Source: Octopus vulgaris
Lineage: Eukaryota
Length of the DNA: 64,000 bases
Direction: 5' to 3'
Assembly: GCA_951406725.2 (NCBI GenBank)
Contig: OX597821.1
Span: forward strand, 74,028,001 to 74,092,000
The position numbers and the translations under genes are program-made. Shown piece by piece: positions 27,036-39,236 of the stretch (its first letter is position 1; each line of letters starts with the position of its first letter). The notes beneath the pieces are model-generated. The model ran no database searches. It saw only the letters and a program-made list of their open reading frames with translations, and had not been told where the DNA came from.

Positions 27036-27870
27036 TAAATAAACTGAGACAACAAAGCCAAAGCTGTGTGGAATTTATAGGACATTTATAAAGAGAAAGT
27101 TAGTCTTACAGCTGTTTCTGGGATATTAGGGAAATCCCTTCATCAGAGACGATGTGAGAGAGTTGAATGGAGGGAAATATAAGGAGTTACTTTGGAAAAA
27201 GATAGAAGGATAAATATATGAAGTTTAAAGGGAGATAAGAGAATAAAAATAAAAATATATATAGGACGTTACAGCTGCAGTTCCATTATCCGAGGAAAGT
27301 GCTGCCTTGAATGGGTAGATGTGTTTCTTGTTCATGGCATGTAGATTCCGATAGGAGTTCATGTTTTGTTATTACGAGTGGATAACGTGGAGACATAAAT
27401 TCTATGTGCCGCCCATTCAAAGGGGTTCCTGTGGTGTGAAAGAAATTTTGAGAACGTATGGGATAGGTAGATAGAGAGTAGAGAATAGACATGTATGTTA
27501 GAAGGAGGATAGTATTGGTCTAAAAGGAAAACAAAGAAAGAAAAGAGTGCTAGATAGTGGTCACGATATGAAGGGGGGGATAAGAGAGGACTATCAGTAG
27601 AATAGGAGGAGGGATAGAAAGAAGAGATAAGAATGTAAAGAAGGAATATGTGTGAGAAGTGGGAGGTGGTGGTGATATGTTTGAAAGGCAGTAAGGTGGA
27701 GAAAATGGTACGGCGGGGTGGGTGTAATAAAGTGATACGTAAACCTTAGAAAGGAAGGGGCAGATAATAAGATTTACTGGTCAAGTTTCAGGTATTTATT
27801 GAACTAACTAAAGTGATAGTAGGGTCTGATGAATCAGAGACAGAAAGAAATATATGTATAGAGAAGCACG
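27036..27870 (-). mobile_element. PLE-like repeat with hammerhead; partial second copy at 35716-35908
   Basis: 27113-27288 is visibly similar to 35716-35908; flanked by dinucleotide repeats. Confidence 0.55.
27103..27150 (-). ncRNA. Minimal type I hammerhead ribozyme
   Basis: Minus strand GTCT-CTGATGA-A-GGGAT...ATCCC-A-GAAA-CAGCTG-TA-AGAC; palindromic loop III, GUA site. Confidence 0.7.
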
Positions 27871-27881
27871 CACGAGCGTAT

Positions 27882-27924
<43 letters not shown>

Positions 27925-27993
27925 AATGTGTATATGCACTATTACATAGGCCTTCTGGTGGACAGTGGAAATAAATAAATAGACAAAATACTT

Positions 27994-28385
27994 TCAGTTC
28001 TATATTTAAGAGATGAGGAATTAGGTTCCCTTTTTTTTACATTATTAACATTCGACGGATATTTGTCATCATCTTGTTTGTTCAATTTCTTCTGGACAAT
28101 TGGTATTTTATTCAGAATGTTCTTGCTTATTCTTCCCATGTCAGATTTGGTAGGGCATATGAGGCGTATAGATGGTTTTGTTATGAAGTTCTTCTTATGA
28201 TCTTTAAGGTTCAAGTGTGGCGATGTAGGTCAGTAGGATTCTGTGCGTTCATGCAGTTTGTTCATAAGCTGGTGTTTGTTGGTGCTGATATTGTCATGGG
28301 CAGACGTCGGTGCCAATTTATATCATTTATATCATTTATATAGGTCATTCTTGATGAATTTGGTGTATTCTTCGATAATAATAGG
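27994..28385 (-). mobile_element. Penelope-like element fragment: RT N-terminal region fused to a terminal repeat segment
   Basis: LKDHKKNFITKPSIRLICPTKSDMGRISKNIL resembles the LKDHK..RL..P.KS..G.ISK.IL motif I recall from Naiad-type PLEs. 27994-28082 matches the ends of the 10880-11237 element. Confidence 0.7.
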
Positions 28386-28400
28386 ATGCATCATACATAC

Positions 28401-28456
<56 letters not shown>

Positions 28457-28461
<5 letters not shown>

Positions 28462-28660
28462 ATCCAAACAAGAAAGCACAAAAAAAACACAACAACGTGA
28501 GGATGTGGAACAAATATAGTATTATTGGACGCTCAGGAAAGAAGGAAATAAGGAAGGTTTAACGTTTCGAGCGGAGCTCTTCGTCGGAAACATAGGAGAA
28601 GGAAAGATCCAGAGAAGGGAAGACAGAGGAAAAAAAATCACAGACACTTCTATACACACG
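28457..28660 (-). mobile_element. ~200-bp hammerhead-bearing interspersed repeat (copy 2)
   Basis: Similar to 26804-27012; core reads CCGACGA. Confidence 0.8.
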
Positions 28661-29666
28661 TTCCAACATACCTTGTATCTCACATAAGAAACCACTAAAA
28701 TGCTCATAACTACGTATAGCGCATACATTTTTACACACACAACACACACACAAACACAGACACACACAATCGCAGTTATACACACGCGCACATATGCGCA
28801 TACACCCACATTCGAATATAATGAGGAATTATGTTATAATATTTAAAAACAATTCCCTGCACTCTAAACAAATGTGTGTGCGTGTGTGTTTGTGTGTGTG
28901 TGTGTGTGTGAGTTTGTGTGCACGTATGTTTTTGCCTATCAAGGTATTTCCTATGTATTTATGCGTTCATAATATCTGCTTGTCTGAAAGTGACGAGGCA
29001 CATATGTGTGTATATATGTGTGTGCATGTGTTTTAAGTGGCAGCTCTTCATATGTGAAGAGAATAAAATGTACCCCTAAACTTTACAGGTTCTGTCCCCT
29101 CTTCAGTTAATCCCTAAGCTTCATCTACAGAGATCCCTTATTATCTTTGATGCCAATATTAATGGCCAAACAATAGTAAGCAAGCCGAGATGTAGCAAGC
29201 TGATTATTTAAGCATGACACATGGAACAACAGAAAGCGGACGAAATATGAAGGAACACATTGAGCAATGTGGCCAAAAGACGGTTTTAATGTCCATCACT
29301 TTACATATTCTGTGAGTTGAGCATTTCTGTGAGTTGTACAGAAAGTATATCTCGCTGTGGAGATTTCACACAAAGGGAAATTAGAGACTGAAAAATGTAG
29401 GAAATAATACGTTATAAATAGAATAAAAAATAAATATAACAAAAGGGAAATAAATATAAATACAATAAATAACTAATAAATAAATAAAGGATGAAATAGT
29501 GAATAAAATAAAATAACACAGTTTCATAATGATGATGATGAAAAAGAAAAAAGATTTTTTTAGCGGGGTTGAGGGTGGGGAACAATAATATGAATTAACA
29601 TAGAAAATTGGAGAAGAAATATATAAAAAATTTGAGGACAAAAAGAAAATAGACGATATATGTGTT

Positions 29667-29716
<50 letters not shown>

Positions 29717-29877
29717 ACATATATAGATATATACATATGTATATATATATACTATATACACAACATATAATATACATACATATACTTACATACATATACA
29801 TATATGTATGTATCTATCTATATATGTATATATATATATATACATACATACATGCATACATATACATGCGTATACAT

Positions 29878-29972
<95 letters not shown>

Positions 29973-30734
29973 GACTTACACATATATATGCACGCACATA
30001 AATACACATATATATGATATGAAGGAAATGTAAAGAAAATATTTGAAATATAATAATGAATACAAATCTACAACAAAAAAAAAATAATCTTTATATATAA
30101 AAAGAAAAAAAAATGAGAAGGAAAAACAAAAAGAAGAGAAATGGTTGGCTACAGATAATAAAAGTTGGAATCTGTAAAATGGGGGGAGGGGGTGGGATCA
30201 AACGCGCAGCCGAGTTTCAATGTTTGCCGAGAAGCTCGGTTAGAAAATTTGAAGACAATTGCTGACGGCCATATTCTTGTGAAAGCTTTATATATTTTTT
30301 TGTTATTCCTTTTCACTACGGACCATTATGTCGAATGTGTGTAACAGACCGTGTCAATGAACATATCACCTCCAATGCTAAAGATCTTATCTTCATACAT
30401 ACATAGTGTATGTATGTATGTATGTATGTATGTATTTATGTATGTATGTGTGGCTGTATGTATGAATCTATGTATGTATCTGTGTCTGCAAATACACACG
30501 CACACACACACACACACACACACATACGCAGGCATATGTAAGCGTGTCTGTATGTGTGGACGTGTGTGTATGTATATATTGAATCACACAAATATATATA
30601 TATATACATACAAGCATACAAACATACATGTATCTATACATACACTTAAGTGTATACACACATATACACGCACACACACACACACATATATATACAAGCA
30701 TAGAAGCATACATGTATCTATACATACACCTAAG

Positions 30735-30765
<31 letters not shown>

Positions 30766-30785
30766 GCAAAATTATATATATGTGA

Positions 30786-30825
<40 letters not shown>

Positions 30826-30845
30826 GCATACTTATATATATGTGA

Positions 30846-30889
<44 letters not shown>

Positions 30890-32289
30890 GTACATATACA
30901 CACACATATATACTACATCCCCTGCCCCTTGCATTTGCATTTATGCTCCTCAATTTATGCAAATCGTGATGCGCAGACATAAGTCTCTATCTACAAATAT
31001 TTATGGACACACACACATATTTATCGCCGGCGTACACACACATACGTCGAGATAAGTATCAAATATCTCAAAGTAGGCCTCTTCATGTATGTAACACACA
31101 ACAATTCGACCAATTCTATTTATTCATTTATTTATTTTCACAATTGAATATATTTCTAATTTGTCTGTTAAGAAATCGATTTGGTTCTAAGAAGTACAAA
31201 CATTCAACCTTCTTTTTATATTTCTGTAGACAATTTATTTCAACAAATTACAATGTCATATAATAAAGTTGTTGTTGTTGTTGTTGTTCTGATTGTAAAA
31301 CACTAAAGATTCTCGCTTGTTTTATTGTACTGAATAAGCAATTAGAAAATTACTTATCGTCACAAACTTGTAAGAAAGCAAGGATTGTAACATTGTAATT
31401 ATCTTTCAGAAAACAAAAAGTTTGGATGGGATGATGGGTAAATGTCCACTTAGCTAAGCGGTTAATGTATCAGACTTTCCAACAGAGAGGTTCCGAGTTC
31501 GCATCCTCGAATCTCCAATGCGATATTGGTAAGACATATGTCGAGAGAACAGTGTGCTGAGATGCAGATTGTTCTTTCTCCTCAGCTCAAATTGGAGAGA
31601 ATTGTGATCAAAATCATTTTAGCTGTTGACATTTCGTCCACTATAGTTATCTTGGAATTCATTATACATTCTAAACTTTCCTTTCAAAAACAAGCACGTA
31701 TATTGAAGTAGATTTTGTTGCTATTTCTAGCTGGTATTGCGACCTTGTAATAACAACTCCCTACTTTGCTCAGTTACATGTACTGCTTCACAGTTATAAG
31801 CAGTGGATACTCTGCAGTGCAAACCAGAGCTTTGATTGTTGTCTGTACTTTTACAGTTCACGTCTATGAGTGAGGAAAGAAGATACCTGGGGCAAACAGA
31901 GTCTTTTCCAATGGAGATTAGGGTTAGGGTTACTTAATGGTAGCAATTCAGACATTCTTGAATTATTAACAAACAGAAGGTCTGTAAACGGACTAAGGGG
32001 TGATCAGTGTATGATTGATATGAGTCAGTTATGATAGAGATTATCCACCATGTTGTAAAGTAACAATCATGTTTACAAAAGAAGATCAAATCTATTCTAA
32101 AAGTTTCTTGTTTTGTTTGTTTTTGTTTGGCGGGAATGGATTAAGGCGGGTGGCGTAGTGTTTTGGGTATTCCGGCTAACAGCAGTCAGGTTGGGAGTTA
32201 GCGTCTTCCATTAGTCTCCTATTTAATCTTATCTATCTAGCTTTAGAGTTTTTATCTTACCGTTGTCACCTCTACTTCACTTTTAGCAC

Positions 32290-32760
32290 GCCAAGAATTA
32301 CAATCCTAATAAGAAAAAACTTAGATATGTTTCGACCAAAGATTGGCCCAGGCCAAGTCTAGCTTAATAGCACCACCTGATAGGATTATCTAAATCCTTT
32401 TAAAGTCCAACTTTGTGGTATTATGGTCCATTCAAGTAGTGAGTTCTTGTTGAGTGAGTTGTATCCAGGTGGCTTGCTTATCTGGTATTCCTTGAAGAAA
32501 TCTGTCCAGACTCCGTTTAAAGGTGATGGGATCCTTTTTCCTCATTGATCACTTTTGGGACAATGTTAAACCGGGCAGGCCTGTTGAGGAAAAGAAGTTG
32601 TGTCGCAGTATACCTATATGTCGTGAACCTGAATTGGGCAGGGGACGTATGGCCCGTGGTTCCAGCCTTAGATGAACCTTCACACTAATGTTCAGGTTGT
32701 TTGGGTAATGCTGGCGCGGTATATTCTCCTCATCGCGCAAACGATGTACCGATCGTGGCG
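32290..32760 (-). mobile_element. 3' end of a CR1/L2-group LINE (degenerate ORF2 C-terminus)
   Basis: Minus-strand reading across frameshifts gives LRHNFFSSTG..FNIVPK...FKRSLDRFLQGIPDK..PGYNSLNKNSL, a typical CR1/L2-group C-terminal pattern. Confidence 0.7.
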
Positions 32761-34224
32761 GCGCTGGAAAGAGTAGAGTTTCAAGGCTTTAATATATTTG
32801 AAAAAACAAACAAACAAAATACAAAGAAATCCAGCTTTGCGAATCACAAGATTTCTTATATGAACAAAGTTACGGATTTGTATTAGATGAGTTTATTAAA
32901 TAAGATCGACTTCAATATATAATGAATATTTATTTAATCGATCTCGATTGGATTAACTACGAAAATTATTTTCGGATTGATATAAACGTATTTCTTAAAG
33001 GATTAGATAGTTGATGAAATTGAACCTAAAATATAGCTTGATTTATATTTATGCCTCTTTTTAAAACAATCGGGTGTAATGAGAAAAGTTTGGTTGTATT
33101 TCCAGCCGGTAGAGTGACCACAGAAAAAAGCTTTGTTGCCCAGAGTGAGTACGTGTAATTTTGTTGGTTAAAGTTTATTATTGGGCAGCGAGAAAGCAGT
33201 TTTTATGCTAATTTCATAATTGACTTCGGTTTTTCAGCCATTTGGGAGGGTTTTGATGTGAAACTAATTACAATTTATAATAACTATATTTCAAATATTT
33301 GGTACTTTTCAGATCATTGCCATTTTAATCAACATATTTTGTGAACGCAAAAATCAACCAAACCTTTTCTGTTATGTTTCTGACACTTTAACAATCAAGA
33401 TACACCAACGAACATTTTACACGGATCTTATGAGTGTATTCTCGATATCGGTGACTACGCAAAGAAGTGGATATTACATCGAATCGAAACTTCTTGGTTA
33501 AGTGGAGTATATGATTGTTTAAACAAAAAAGATGTCAACGCTTTGTGCCATGAAATGGACTGCACAATGTGATCCCCGTACAGACTAATATCTCAGCACT
33601 GTGAACGTAATTGTTCTTTTGATATGCATTCGGAACATGTATTTCAGAGGAAAGTTATGTTTTATTCTGTTTCCATTGGCCCGCAATAAAGCACACAGAC
33701 ACATACGGGCACACACGCAGACGGATGAAACTGTCCTGGAAACATTAGTTGAGTTTCCGAGTGTTGCTGACGTGTAGAGTTATATCAAAGAACTGCAGTC
33801 TTGTATAAGACGGATCCATAAATCAGCTCCGTCTACCATGATGACTGCTTTGACGGCCATCTTTAAACGGGCAGTGAGGGGTGTTTTCCTCTGTCTGGTG
33901 GCGGTGACGAAAGTGGTATTGCTGGGAGGGAGGTTGAAACGTTTAAAGACTGGCATTATTTTTCATTCGCTTGCAAAGGAACATGACAATAGAGAAGAAG
34001 GAGCTGGTTTGAAAGGAATCTATAGGAAATTGGATGGAAGAGTCACAAATGGCAAGTGTTTCAGTTGGGAATCGATCGTCGTAGAGGGTACTTGCCATGG
34101 GTTTTCAGGTTGAGATCTGTGAGGATCATCATCGTCCTTCTCTATCTCTTCTTCTTCTTCATTTTCCTCCCATTCCTCCTCCTCGTCCTCCTCCCCGTCC
34201 TTCTCTTCCCCACCTCCTCCCCTT

Positions 34225-34508
34225 CTTGCTCTTCTCAATATGTGTGATGTACCAGTTAAGACAGCCTTTTGCACTTCCTGCATGGATGGTAAGCCAGAGA
34301 TCATTCTTAAATAAGTTTCAGTTCCTTTTTTGTTCATTCCAAGTGCTCCTACAATTACTGGTATTGTAACCGTCTTGAGATGCTAAATCTTTTCGATTTC
34401 GATTAGCAAATCTTCATATTTTCTGTACTTATGAAATTCTTTTGCCGAGATATTATGGTCACAAGGTCTACTCATATCAATCAATAAACAAACTTTATTG
34501 TTTTGGTC

Positions 34509-34510
<2 letters not shown>
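34225..34510 (-). mobile_element. RLE-domain fragment of the same family as the full-length Dong element
   Basis: KKGTETYLRMISGLPSMQEVQKAVLTGTSHILRRA closely matches the C-terminus of the 1005-aa ORF. Its 5' side abuts (TAA)n on the minus strand. Confidence 0.85.
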
Positions 34511-34559
<49 letters not shown>

Positions 34560-35464
34560 GGCGGCAAGTTGGTAGAATCGACAACTCGGACAAAATGCTT
34601 ACTGGCATTTCTTTGAGATCTTTTCGTCATGGTCTGAAATACCGCCGCGGTAGACTTTTCCTTACACCCTTCGGGGTCTATATAACAAAGTATACGTCAC
34701 ACACTGAGGTCGATGTAATCGACTAGCCCCTCCCCTCAAAACTACCTGCCTTCTGTCAAAAATTAGAAAGACTTGCTGTTGTTTCCGCTTTGTTGCAATT
34801 ATCAGTAAAATTGACACGTTTTGTCTATATTTCATTAATCTTGGTTGGTTAAATATAGTTTACAATAAGCTATTGTCACAAGAATATTCAGAAAACAACT
34901 GGATTCACCTGAAGTAAGGAAACCATACCTGTAGGGTCGATATCGACAGGTAACACGTGCTTCATTACGTTTTCCCTTACCGGTGGTATATCGAATATTT
35001 GTTATTTAAATTAGTCACAGCAAGAAGGCAAGGTTTTCAAACTTGAAAGTGATCAAATTTTGAATGGCAATTAGTTCATCCAAGTCGATCAAAAAAAAAA
35101 AAGATAAATAAATAAATAATAAATAAAATAAAAATAATGATGATGATAAAGGAGAAAAACAGTATAACAAAACAAAAAAAAGAAAGAAATGTGAGATAAA
35201 CGAAATGTGCAGCTGTTGAATGTTTGGTGGAAGCCATTGACAATCACCCGTGGAGTGTCATTGTGAAGTTAGCAGTCGGCCGGTAACATTTGGTGGAATT
35301 GTTCTTTTAAAAACGAAATTCCTGGGGCTTCCAGCTTGTTTCATGCTTCGAGTTTCTCTTCTTTTTTATGTCATTGTTGTTAGGTTGTGTTTATATTTGA
35401 AAAGATTTTATGATTTTTTGATCCGAACATTTGGTATGGTTTGTTGGTAGTTTTGAAAGAGATA

Positions 35465-35496
<32 letters not shown>

Positions 35497-35501
<5 letters not shown>

Positions 35502-35680
35502 ATCCAAACAAAAATGCACAAAAAAAACACAACAACGCGAGGACGTGGAACAAATATAGTATTATTGGACGCTCAGGAAAGAAGGAGGGCTTAACGTTTC
35601 GAGCGGAGCTCTTCATCGGAAACATAGGAGAAGGGAAGACAGAGGAAAAAAAATCACCAACGGTACACACGAGGTCACAT
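35497..35680 (-). mobile_element. ~200-bp hammerhead-bearing interspersed repeat (copy 3)
   Basis: Similar to 26804-27012; core reads CCGATGA. Confidence 0.8.
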
Positions 35681-35682
35681 TT

Positions 35683-35715
<33 letters not shown>

Positions 35716-35904
35716 ATGTTTCTGGGATATTATGGATATCCCTTCATCAGAGGCGATGTGAGATGGTTAAATAGAGGTAAATAGTTGAGTTCGAAATAAG
35801 GAATTATTATGGAAAAGGAAGAGATAGGGAGTACAGAGGGAAATGAGAGAATGAAAGCAGAAATAAAAATATAAAATATATAAAGAATTTGTAGTCGCTG
35901 TTCC

Positions 35905-35964
<60 letters not shown>

Positions 35965-36084
35965 GAGGGCATTATTACACATACATGCCACACGCTAAGA
36001 GGGGCATTAGTCGTTTCTACCAAAAAATTTTACTAATCATACCCAATGCAATTTTTCAAAGCAAGACATTTAAAAAATGAATTT

Positions 36085-36146
36085 AGTCTTGTATCACCTG
36101 TGATTTCGTACTTACCGCAGTTGCGACCGTACTCATCAGCAAGACT
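36085..36146 (-). ncRNA. Type I hammerhead ribozyme (inverted copy of 36547-36608)
   Basis: Reverse complement of the 36547-36608 motif. Confidence 0.85.
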
Positions 36147-36546
36147 GATTCTGAACATATCATAAATAAACGACCTCGCACCGTCAAAGCCGAACAGCTA
36201 TCTGTTCTACTCCAACGAAGCACATGGGGAAGTTTACATATAATACATCCGGTAAATGGCAGGCTTCTTGGAATTGCATTTCGGGTAGGAAAAGTTTTTT
36301 CGGAATAAAATTATTTAACAATTAAGGATAACTTCTTAATAAGGAATCTTAACAAGAAATTATCAGGTAGATAGCGTGAAAACCCTCATAAGAGAAAAAT
36401 TTCGAAAATAATTCTTTCTTATTGAACATATTAATTTATATATAGAGGGCATTATTACACATACATGCCACACACTAAGAGGGACATTAGTCGTTTCTAC
36501 CAAAAAATTTTACTAATCATATCATATTTATGATATGTTCAGAATC

Positions 36547-36608
36547 AGTCTTGCTGATGAGTACGGTCGCAACTGCGGTAAGTACGAAATCACAGGTGAT
36601 ACAAGACT
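36547..36608 (+). ncRNA. Type I hammerhead ribozyme (canonical core)
   Basis: AGTCTTG-CTGATGA-GTAC...GTAC-GAAA-TCAC-AG-GTGA-TA-CAAGACT: stem I 7 bp, stem II GTAC/GTAC, stem III ATCAC/GTGAT, AUA cleavage triplet. Confidence 0.85.
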
Positions 36609-36862
36609 AAATTCATTTTTTAAATGTCTTGCTTTGAAAAATTGCATTGGGTATGATTAGTAAAATTTTTTTCATACACAAACTATTATATTTAATAAAT
36701 CTAATTTGCTTATCCTCACAATTGCCTTAATTTGATCCCTCTTAAAGTCATTCTTTACCCCGTGAAATGTATCCCTTGTAAAGACATCCGAGTCTATATT
36801 TGAATTATTTGAACACTACAAAGTTCCTTCTATACTGAGAATCTCTGGATTTCAACTGTGGA

Positions 36863-36887
<25 letters not shown>

Positions 36888-36896
<9 letters not shown>

Positions 36897-37918
36897 TAAA
36901 TAAAACATATGCATATATATATATATACATATATGTATGTACCTACCTCTACATGTATATATACACGCATATATGAGTACAGGACACCAAAAAAACGTCG
37001 AACACAATGAGAAACGAAAACATAGACACAAACCCAAGGAACTGGACATTTTTCTTAAACAACAACAAAAAAAATAGAGTACAGGACAAATAACACAAGG
37101 AAAAAACCCCTTCTTCAGTCGCCATGGTTTCATCTACTCTACGTTTCGAAGGTGAAGGCGAGACGTATCTTCGATAGAAACTTTCCTTCCTGCGAAAAGC
37201 AAATCAAATAAAATTTGAGATCTTTTTGCAGAGGGGTAAAAATGGTTACAAAAACAGGACAGTAACGACAGTACAAAATATAAGCAGTAAAAGACAGGAC
37301 AAGGAAAATAACAAGACAAGAAGGGCTGTTAAGCCGAACGAAAAAAAGTATTACGAACGCTATTTCTGTGAACGGCGAAGGGAGCAAAGAAAATTGCCGT
37401 CCACACCTCAAGAAGATCAGGCGAGAAAGAAGGTGGCAAGGCTCTCGTCACGGGTTAACGGCGGGAGGGAGGAGGAGGAGTAAGAGAAAGGGAGAGAAGA
37501 AAGGGGAATGGTTGTGAGGAAACCAGAAAGAATAAAGAATGAGAGAGAGGGAGAGAGAGAGAGTGAAGAATGAGAGAGAGGGAGAGACAGTTAAGTAGAA
37601 GAAAAAGAAATCAAAGAATGAAGGCAAAGAAAGGGAGGGGACAGAAAGGTTAAGAGTGCGCATCAAAATTAATATCAAGAACAATCTTACTTAGAAAGGG
37701 ATGCGTGCGTTCCGTCATATAATATATTAGTAAATAAAACATATGCATATATATATATATACATATATGTACGTACCTACCTCTACATGTATATATACAC
37801 GCATATATGAATATGAGTACAGGACACCAAAAAAACGTCGAAGACAATGAGAAACGAAAACAGACACAAACCTAAGGAACTGGACATTTTTCTTAAACAA
37901 CAAAAAATAGAGTACAGG

Positions 37919-37925
<7 letters not shown>
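36888..37925. mobile_element. Element with ~200-bp direct terminal repeats (PLE pseudo-LTR-like)
   Basis: 36888-37092 is repeated at 37721-37925. Purine-rich interior, (TA)n flanks, no TG..CA ends. Confidence 0.6.
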
Positions 37926-37970
<45 letters not shown>

Positions 37971-38000
37971 TTAAATGATACGGGTGAAAAATTGAATATT

Positions 38001-38286
38001 AATTTGTACGGAAGTCAGAAACCATTGTGAATATTATTCAAGAGTTCACTTACGTAATTCTAGTATATTGAAAAATCTGAAAATTCAGAAAAATTATATT
38101 AATTCAGCATTTTGTATCTTTTCATTTGTCTTGCTCGCCCACTTCTGGCGTTTGCTGAATTTTCTTGAGAACGATCTTTTCTTAGTGGTCAGACTATATG
38201 GGGTCTACCTCTAGCGTAATGGATGTCCACTTAGTGGTCATCCCTCTTATATGTATATACATACATACATACATACATATACATAC

Positions 38287-38317
<31 letters not shown>

Positions 38318-38577
38318 ATAGAAATATGTTACAAAAAAAAATAGAAACTACACGTGGAAATGTAAGGGTAAAGTAAGAAAAATCAACGAAAATGCACATT
38401 GTAAATAAAAAAAGAAAAGGCTTTTTATGAAAGGTAACGACAGATATATACAATTAGATGATCTGAGGTAGTAATAAATGTAATAAGAGGAAACAACTAA
38501 GATATTTAGAAACACTCGAATTGCGTAAGTGAACTCTTGAATAATATTCACAATGGTTTCTGACTTCCGTACAAATT
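38001..38577. repeat. 60-bp inverted repeat (38001-38060 / 38518-38577)
   Basis: One visible mismatch between the arms. Confidence 0.85.
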
Positions 38578-39202
38578 CTGTCACAGGGTGTGGTTGGATA
38601 CCATCGATGCCTATACTTCATTGAATCCTGTCCTTAATTTATCGACTTTGAAGTGATGAAAGGCAAACTTAAAGTTGGCAGAATTTATTCACAGAGCCTA
38701 AAAGACCGAAAAACTGCCCTGCAAAGAAGTTTTTATCAAAACCTCCAACGATTTTGCCATGTCATCACACTGAATGATATCCATAATTAAATACAATTTA
38801 CTTAATCATTAGAAATTATTTTATTATTTTATAAATTACATATTTTCAATAATCTTCAGAAGTATGTTTTTTTTCTTTCATCAGGCACTAAACACCTTGT
38901 GAGACCTTGGATATGTCGAATGGAATTGAAGAGAAAAATTACCCATAAAAAATGTTGTGTTGAAAAATTGTTAGAAATCTGGATGTGAATTCGCAGTGTC
39001 TCCAGTATGAAACTTATGTGATCTCCCAAAGCAAAGGAAAAATCAAAGCTAAAATTGTCTGTCGCTTTTTCTGTCTGTTTGTCTACTTCTATCTGTCTCT
39101 CCCTATCTTTCCCTATATATTGAACTGAGTCAAACTACTATTAAATATTTGTTACTGCAACAAAATGCTATTTGTTCGTTTTTTTTTTCATTCATTCGTA
39201 TC

Positions 39203-39236
<34 letters not shown>

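Larger units (their letters stand above)
35954..36860. mobile_element. Penelope-like terminal-repeat structure with direct and inverted partial repeats
   Basis: 88-bp direct repeat 35954-36041/36434-36521 and 147-bp inverted repeat 36022-36168/36525-36671. Each inverted arm carries a hammerhead. Flanked by (TA)n. Confidence 0.7.

Noticed and set aside
29085-29180. Acceptor (TTTACAG) and donor (GTAAGC) bracketing a short open segment
   Set aside because: No recognisable protein similarity; such signals are common by chance.
31918-31932. TTAGGG telomere-like repeats
   Set aside because: Only about 2.5 units; too short to support.
33700-34120. Possible CR1/Jockey-like LINE remnant on the minus strand
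   Set aside because: Too degenerate to identify motifs reliably by eye.
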